Below, one piece after another: positions 37,050 to 42,397 of a stretch of 44,212 bases of DNA. Within the stretch, counting starts at the first letter, position 1. Every line of letters starts with the position of its first letter. The stretch comes from Planctomycetota bacterium (GTDB taxonomy: Bacteria; Planctomycetota; Phycisphaerae; Sedimentisphaerales; UBA12454). The notes below the pieces were generated by a model, which was not told the DNA's origin, made no database searches, and saw nothing but the letters and a program-made list of their open reading frames with translations. The stretch is from assembly GCA_022705345.1 (NCBI GenBank), contig JAKJEQ010000002.1:1-44212 (forward strand), read 5' to 3'. The translations under genes were made by a program, and so were the position numbers.

Positions 37050-37919
37050 CTACTTTTTAAATTTAATATGACAAATCACTGCCAGCGACCACAGGATATC
37101 AGCGGAGGCAATGAGTTTCGTTTCGTATTTTTCGTTAATCGGGATAAGATGAACGGAGGAACCGTCCATCCTTACCAGCTTGCAAGTTACGCCAATGGCG
37201 TTGTTTATGCGAACTACAGCGGGCATTCCTTCGACGGCGGCAACAGACGGGCTGACAATAACTATGTCGCCATCGTTAATCTGCGGGGCCATACTGTCGC
37301 CATCGACCTGCAAGGCAAAACTATCAGGGAAAAGATCGTGAATCTCGCTGCATTCGACAAATTGAGTGACCTCAAGATCATTGGCGGCAGTTATTGAGTT
37401 TATGACCGAAGCGTTCAGATGGCTGCTGACCAGTTGCTCGATTTGCGTTTCGACGAGTTTTGAATCGGTGCCTATTGCCTTGCTCCACAGGCCGGCAATG
37501 CCGGCGGCAGTTCGGCCGAGAACGGGAATCCAGCCGTTTCTCGTGGAACTTTTTGGTTTTAGCCGAGATTCAAGGGCGGATTTTTCTTCCAGCAACGTCA
37601 GAAATGCGGAAATTGCGTTGGCAGATTGCGGCTGCGAAAGGAGGATTTTCTGGGTTTTTTCGATAATTTTGAGGTTTTCGCCAGAAACATCCCCCGCACC
37701 TGATTTTCGGCCGGTTAAAAGCCAGTTCAGGTCGATGCCTGCAATTTGGGAGATTTTTATTAATATGGGCACCGGCGCAAGGCGGTCTTTTTCATAATAA
37801 CTGTACGTAGAGGGACTTAGGCCAAGCAATTTGGCGAATTTGTTTCGGCCGCGCACGCCGGCTGTCGAAGTTCGGACCTCGATAATCCTCTGTATTATGC
37901 TATTTTCGAGTTCATCCAT
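37050..37919 (-). CDS. CI/LexA-type repressor: XRE-family HTH + S24 peptidase domain
   Basis: FAKLLGLSPSTYSYYEKDRLAPVPILIKISQIAGIDLNWLLTG is an HTH_XRE motif. The C-terminal LQVDGDSMAPQINDGDIVIV....VTCKLV carries the S24 Ser/Lys dyad context. The start is set at the internal MDELEN (37919), not the hydrophobic upstream extension. Confidence 0.8.
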   Translation of the reverse strand: MDELENSIIQRIIEVRTSTAGVRGRNKFAKLLGLSPSTYSYYEKDRLAPVPILIKISQIAGIDLNWLLTGRKSGAGDVSGENLKIIEKTQKILLSQPQSANAISAFLTLLEEKSALESRLKPKSSTRNGWIPVLGRTAAGIAGLWSKAIGTDSKLVETQIEQLVSSHLNASVINSITAANDLEVTQFVECSEIHDLFPDSFALQVDGDSMAPQINDGDIVIVSPSVAAVEGMPAVVRINNAIGVTCKLVRMDGSSVHLIPINEKYETKLIASADILWSLAVICHIKFKK

Positions 37920-38048
37920 AAAAAATATTCGCTTATGCGAAGTTTTCTCTTGCAATATTCGCAAATGCGTATAAAACAAGACTGAAATGTGTAATATTTC
38001 TAAGAATAATAACACAAAAAGGGATAATAGTCAAGGAGCGTTATCAAA

Positions 38049-38207
38049 ATGAAGAGCAGCAAAAAACGAAAAACCGCGCGGACAAAGAATAAAATCAGGC
38101 CGGCAAAAATGGCTAGAATCCATGAGCATGTCAAACAACTTATAGCGTTACTATCTATGCAGCAAGCCGTTACGCACAATCTCGAAAGGGAAATCAATAA
38201 CCCATAA
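38049..38207 (+). CDS. Possible 52-aa basic small ORF divergent from the repressor
   Basis: ATG at 38049 preceded by AAGGAG. It encodes MKSSKKRKTARTKNKIRPAKMARIHEHVKQLIALLSMQQAVTHNLEREINNP. It is below the ORF-track cutoff and has no recognisable fold, so this is speculative. Confidence 0.2.
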   Translation: MKSSKKRKTARTKNKIRPAKMARIHEHVKQLIALLSMQQAVTHNLEREINNP

Positions 38208-38364
38208 TCGCAAGATAACCTGAGAATAACGCGCGGATTTAAAAACGCCTCATTGGGAATTCCAGGGAACCCAGGCAAGTATGCCGAACTGAATAGCTTT
38301 AAATCCGCGCATATTTTATCTGCGTGGTTTTTGCGCAATTGTGCAATTTGTTGACGCATAAGCG

Positions 38365-38495
38365 CAGAAAAAGTGCAAAAAAAAGGTGGGGAAAAAGTGC
38401 GAAATTAGCGAAAAAAAGTGCGAAAAAAGCGGAAATAAGTGGTGTAAAAGTATCTGAAAAGTGGGTGAAAAGACGGAAAAAGTGTAAAAATAGAA
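38365..38495 (+). repeat. Iteron-like array: six degenerate direct repeats with ~21-bp period (core GAAAAAGTGYRAAA)
   Basis: AAGTG cores start at 38371, 38395, 38416, 38437, 38459 and 38480, giving spacings of 24, 21, 21, 22 and 21 nt. They are embedded in A-tracts. The ORFs called here are low-complexity artefacts. Confidence 0.6.
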
Positions 38496-38628
38496 ACAAT
38501 TCATTATCTCAAATTACTGGTATATTGTAACTTAAAATTATCTGGAAAGCAAGAGAAATAGTTGATCAGTTCCGCCTGAGGCGGATAAATGTCAGTTGTC
38601 ATTATCGATAAAATATTGAGATTTTTGG

Positions 38629-38656
38629 TTGAATTTGGTTTTTATAATAATATAAT
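38629..38656 (+). promoter_or_regulatory. Candidate sigma-70-type promoter for the four-gene operon
   Basis: TTGAAT (38629-38634), a 16-nt spacer, then TATAAT (38651-38656). It ends ~90 nt upstream of the first gene. Pattern match only. Confidence 0.3.
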
Positions 38657-38744
38657 GCGTAATGAGGTAAATTGTTATGGATGAACAAAATCGTACCCTT
38701 AAGGTATTTATTTCGTAATAATAATTCAATATGAGGGAAAATCT

Positions 38745-39311
38745 ATGTCTAAAATTTCAAGTAGAAATATGTTACTTTTGATGCTTGGAATTGCTAAAAA
38801 ACCAAAGATTGTGGGTGAAGGAATCAATGGTATTACACGCCTGCAAAAACTACTGTTTTTATTGGAAAAAGAAGGTTTAATTAAAAAAGTAGAAGGAGGT
38901 TATCAGTTTCAAGCATATAAAGCAGGCCCATATTCTCCTACACTATATGATGATTTAGAATTTTTAGAAAATCTTGGTTTTATTAAAAGTGAGGTTTCTG
39001 GCACTGCAACTGAAGAAGAAGCTGCTGACATGGATTTTACATTTGAAGAATTAATGGATGAAGAAGTAAAAACAGCGGACGTGTACGATGAGAAACGTTT
39101 TACTTTGACTGAACAAGGGCAAAACAAAGTTAAAACTTTGATTGAATCAACTGATTATGAACCATTAATTGAAGGAATTAGAAAAATAAAATCAAAATAT
39201 GGTGATTATTCTTTGGATGATTTGCTTTATTATGTTTATACCAAATACCCTGAAATGACTACCGAATCAGAAATTAAAGATCATGTCCTACGTAAAGGGC
39301 GGAAAAGGTGA
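38745..39311 (+). CDS. Panacea/DUF4065 (SocA/GepA-like) domain protein, possible antitoxin/regulator
   Basis: 188 aa. GITRLQKLLFLLEKEG....YQFQAYKAGPYSPTLYDDLEFL matches the Panacea pattern (T.LKLQKLLY ... F.AW..GPV.P.lY) recalled from the family. RBS GAGGGA. AT-rich codon usage. Confidence 0.55.
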   Translation: MSKISSRNMLLLMLGIAKKPKIVGEGINGITRLQKLLFLLEKEGLIKKVEGGYQFQAYKAGPYSPTLYDDLEFLENLGFIKSEVSGTATEEEAADMDFTFEELMDEEVKTADVYDEKRFTLTEQGQNKVKTLIESTDYEPLIEGIRKIKSKYGDYSLDDLLYYVYTKYPEMTTESEIKDHVLRKGRKR

Positions 39312-39913
39312 CAAAAACTTTACTGGAATGGTCGTTAGGTGGTCATGTTGCGATTATTGTAGTTGCATTGACTTTTTACAAATTTGTCTTTTCAGAAATA
39401 GCTGAAAATGTCTTAGAAAAAGGGAAGATGATCGCCAAAAAAATCGAAGCAAAGATATTTTTGGAACTATCTATAGTTTTGAAACCTTTTCTCGACAAGG
39501 AACGCACTAGTTCAATTATCATAGTAAGCCAATGGAATATTGATAGTGAAGAATACAAGGAGCAATGTATAGATATCCAAGGGACTGAACAATACAAAAA
39601 TGCAATCCATGATTTTATAAAGAGTAATACGAATCCGATGTTAGATTTTAGATTTCTCAAAATAAAAATAGATAGATGCCTTTTTTGGAAACGCTACTTA
39701 AAAAAATCTGTAACAATACTTGTTGGTTTCCATTTGTTAATTGTAGCGTTTGAAGTTGTTTGCAAGATATACGGAATCTGTAGTGATAATAAATTAGTTT
39801 TGGTTGTTTTAATTTTGTCATCATTTTTGACGATTGCAAATTGCTTTTTTCCACTTTGGCCAATTAGCCATTACAATGATGATATAGAAGACATTGAAAG
39901 ACTCTATGCTTGA
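39308..39913 (+). CDS. Small membrane protein (one N-terminal and two C-terminal TM helices), no known family recognised
   Basis: 201 aa. The GTG start overlaps the upstream stop (GTGA). TM segments are HVAIIVVALTFYKFVF, VTILVGFHLLIVAFEVVCKIYGI and LVLVVLILSSFLTIANCFFPLW. Confidence 0.6.
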   Translation: MTKTLLEWSLGGHVAIIVVALTFYKFVFSEIAENVLEKGKMIAKKIEAKIFLELSIVLKPFLDKERTSSIIIVSQWNIDSEEYKEQCIDIQGTEQYKNAIHDFIKSNTNPMLDFRFLKIKIDRCLFWKRYLKKSVTILVGFHLLIVAFEVVCKIYGICSDNKLVLVVLILSSFLTIANCFFPLWPISHYNDDIEDIERLYA

Positions 39914-40322
39914 TTTAACAAAAGAAGCGTCGTTGTTACAACCAGTAACAGGTTATATAAAAAGAAAAGGATTCAATGTACAAGGAACAGAAATTCCATT
40001 CTACAATCGAAGCGTTGACATATACGGTTTTTCCAAAAAAACAAATAAAACAATAGCTATTGAATTGAAACTGAATAAGTGGAAGAAAGCCTTTTCACAA
40101 GCAGTCATTTATCAGTTGTGTGCTGACGAATCTTACATTGCGATGCCACATAAATATACTATACGAGTAGATAGAAATTTACTAATAACTTTTGGAATCG
40201 GATTAATCGCAGTAAATGATATTGGCAGGTGCTTCAAAATGATTGAAGCACGCCAATCGTCAGTTGTCAAAAACTATTATAAAAAAAATCATATCGAATT
40301 TCTTAAAAGGTTGGAAAAATGA
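39906..40322 (+). CDS. Small PD-(D/E)xK nuclease-fold protein
   Basis: SVDIYGFS....KTIAIELKLNKWKKAFSQAVIYQ...ESYIAMP fits the hhhD-x(10-15)-hhhExK core with the following helix and strand. The ATG at 39906 overlaps the upstream stop by 8 nt (the track start at 39894 is a TTG). Confidence 0.5.
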   Translation: MLDLTKEASLLQPVTGYIKRKGFNVQGTEIPFYNRSVDIYGFSKKTNKTIAIELKLNKWKKAFSQAVIYQLCADESYIAMPHKYTIRVDRNLLITFGIGLIAVNDIGRCFKMIEARQSSVVKNYYKKNHIEFLKRLEK

Positions 40323-41635
40323 GTAATAAGCCACAACTTATCATTCGAATGGGAAGTCATGCCGAAAAAGAATACATTATGAAATTAAATCATAAAGTTT
40401 TCGATGGAATTGTAATTGGGGCTAACGTAGTGGAAGCAACAGCAGGTGCTACTGCTAGTTTGATTGGTAAAAAATTGAATTTACCTTATTATATCGATCC
40501 AATGACTTATGTTTTCGGTTGTGATCTAGATGGCATCAAATCAGAACAAAAAAAAATGATTCAAGGAAAAAAGAAAACAGTAAGAGATTACAAGCGGTCA
40601 TATTTAGGATTAGCTGATGAATTAGGATATGTATTTGTAAATGCACTAAAAACTGATACATGTATTCAGCCGGACATTTTCAATCCGGCAACTATAAAAA
40701 GAACTTGTCAAAACGTTATAGAATATCAACGCAATAGAATTGTTGAGGAATTTAAGAAAGATGAAGAATATGAAGAATATGCAGATGCAATTAAACCACC
40801 TGCTGGAATTTTTTCGCCATATTTCTATGTGAATAACAGAAGAAGTTTTGAATTATTTCTAGAATTAGCTCATGCAACAACAATAATAGAAACAAATTTA
40901 CCTGTTTATTCTGTTTTATGTGCAGATGTAAATTCATTAAACGATGAATCGTTCATCGAAAAAGTTTTAGAAGAAGTCCCTAAAACAGGTATCTACGGTG
41001 TATGGCTTTGGTTTTCAAAATTTGATGAATTCGAATCAAATATGAAGACGCTCAGAAATTTCAAAAATTTAGTTCATGGATTAAGTAAAAATGGCTTAGC
41101 TGTTTTTAACAGACATGGGGGATATTTTAGTATGGTTTTAAATAAATTGGGTATGACCGGCATAAGTCATGGTATTGGTTATGGAGAAAAAAAAGACGTA
41201 TTTCAAATAGAAGGCCCTCCCAATGCTCCAGTCGTACAATATTATTTACCCGATTTGTTTAAAAGATTTGGGATTGATAACATCGAAAGATGTTTCGACG
41301 AATTAGGCGTTACAAAGCCCCAACATTTTCATAATTCTATTTGCGATTGTGTTATATGTAAAGGAGTTATTAAAAATAATATTTCTGAATTTAGAGAATT
41401 TGGAGAAACACATTATGCCAGACTTGAATCTAAAAGAGAAACTCAAACTCCAGCAGCTGCTAAACGCAGCCGTTTCCATTTTTTGATGAACAGAATTAAA
41501 GAAAAAAATTTTATTAATAAAAGCAACTTGAAAGAGATTATTGAAAAGATGCAAGAGTCACAAGAAAAATGGGAAGATCTTGACTCAGTTATCCATTTCA
41601 ATTATTTAGATAATTGGATCAATTCTCTTAATTAA
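40319..41635 (+). CDS. 438-aa protein with a TGT/DpdA-type zinc motif (CxCxxC...H) and an alternating beta/alpha (TIM-barrel-like) pattern; function unknown
   Basis: The ORF itself is solid (the ATGA overlap couples it to the previous gene). NSICDCVICKG....RSRFHFLMNRIKEK resembles the CDCxxC...H-hydrophobic helix of tRNA-guanine/archaeosine transglycosylases. The confidence value refers to this functional family call. Confidence 0.4.
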   Translation: MSNKPQLIIRMGSHAEKEYIMKLNHKVFDGIVIGANVVEATAGATASLIGKKLNLPYYIDPMTYVFGCDLDGIKSEQKKMIQGKKKTVRDYKRSYLGLADELGYVFVNALKTDTCIQPDIFNPATIKRTCQNVIEYQRNRIVEEFKKDEEYEEYADAIKPPAGIFSPYFYVNNRRSFELFLELAHATTIIETNLPVYSVLCADVNSLNDESFIEKVLEEVPKTGIYGVWLWFSKFDEFESNMKTLRNFKNLVHGLSKNGLAVFNRHGGYFSMVLNKLGMTGISHGIGYGEKKDVFQIEGPPNAPVVQYYLPDLFKRFGIDNIERCFDELGVTKPQHFHNSICDCVICKGVIKNNISEFREFGETHYARLESKRETQTPAAAKRSRFHFLMNRIKEKNFINKSNLKEIIEKMQESQEKWEDLDSVIHFNYLDNWINSLN

Positions 41636-41750
41636 TAAAAAAAACTAATTAAAGAATCTTACAAAGCTATCTTTGATTCTGCCCAAAAAAAATAGCAATA
41701 CGAATTTTTCCAAGAGGATGCTTAACGGCAAAGCTCACCCTACTAAATCC

Positions 41751-41808
41751 GGAGATTGCCACCCCTCGCCTGCGCGGGGGTAAACTTGCTTCGCTCCTCG
41801 CAATGACG
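41751..41808. repeat. REP-like palindromic unit of the GAGATTGC...CGCAATGAC family
   Basis: GGAGATTGCCACCCCTCGCCTGCGCGGGGGTAAACTTGCTTCGCTCCTCGCAATGAC. It has the same end motifs as the MITE core and the gltA-flanking elements. Confidence 0.6.
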
Positions 41809-41816
41809 GAAACACA

Positions 41817-41901
41817 AATAAAAAAGGGCGAACTCCGATTAGATACTTGCAGATTCTTCAAAGAAGCTAATCGACGTATCTAACGGGGCAAGCATATCGG
41901 A
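41817..41901 (+). repeat. ~85-bp direct repeat, copy 1 (contains a 13-bp-stem hairpin)
   Basis: AAATAAAAAAGGGCGAACTCCGATTAGATACTTGCAGATTCTTCAAAGAAGCTAATCGACGTATCTAACGGGGCAAGCATATCGGA. The arms CCGATTAGATAC / GTATCTAACGG pair. Confidence 0.8.
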
Positions 41902-42082
41902 CAAATGAAGATTGACCCATTCGGCTTCGCTCAGGACGGGGATTGAAGATTTGAGAACCGGTAAGATTTGGTATTTTTCAGCGTTGATTTTTTATGGAGG
42001 CCGGATCCTTCGACTCCGCTGCGCTTCGCTCAGGATGACAAAGGGCAGGCGGGGCAGGCATAAAACTAATATCAAAATTTAA

Positions 42083-42166
42083 AATAAAAAGGGCGAACCC
42101 CGATTAGATACTTGCAGATTCTTCAACGAAGCTAATCGACGTATCTAACGGGGCAAGCATATCGGA
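42083..42166 (+). repeat. ~85-bp direct repeat, copy 2 (a third, truncated copy lies at 42217-42244)
   Basis: Near-identical to 41817-41901, with a few substitutions and one missing A. AAAAAAAAAGGGCGAACCCCGATTAGAT recurs at 42217-42244. Confidence 0.8.
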
Positions 42167-42275
42167 AAAGCAGGCAATACGAATTTTAAATTTGAAATTG
42201 AGATTTCAAAATTCAGAAAAAAAAAGGGCGAACCCCGATTAGATTTCTTTAAAAACGTTGACTGATCTTCGAGAT

Positions 42276-42384
42276 GAAAACCCCCGGTACAGGCCCGGGG
42301 GCTAAACACGGGAATAAAAAAACCCCCAACATAAAGTTGGGGGCTTATGGAGTTTTTATTTTCCCCCTGCACGGGTCAGGGGGT
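42276..42384 (-). terminator. Three tandem GC-rich hairpins downstream of the PFOR gene; two have T-runs on the minus strand
   Basis: Reading the minus strand: CCCCCTG-acccgtg-CAGGGGG, then CCCCCAAC-ttta-tGTTGGGGG + TTTTTTT, then CCCCCGG-gcctgta-CCGGGGG + TTTT. Confidence 0.65.
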
Positions 42385-42397
42385 TAAACAGAAATCG

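Noticed and set aside
38299-38530. Three overlapping ORFs (38299-38499 -, 38316-38504 -, 38324-38530 +) with F/L/H-rich or K-rich translations
   Set aside because: They are artefacts of the A-rich ~21-bp iteron-like array. All three frames are open only because the repeat lacks stop codons.
38678-38719. 13-codon mini-ORF (MDEQNRTLKVFIS) in the leader of the four-gene operon
   Set aside because: It is too short, and no attenuator structure was evident by eye. It is mentioned only as a possibility for ribosome-profiling data.
38500-41720. Clean att-type direct repeats delimiting the AT-rich block
   Set aside because: I saw only short, A-rich similarities (AAAATAGAAACAAT near 38487 vs AAAAATAGCAATAC near 41688). 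These are too weak and low-complexity to call by eye, so a proper alignment is needed.
41667-42372. ORFs 41667-41861 (-) and 42145-42372 (-)
   Set aside because: They are composed of REP-like units, the 85-bp direct repeats and terminator hairpins. There is no coding signal or RBS.
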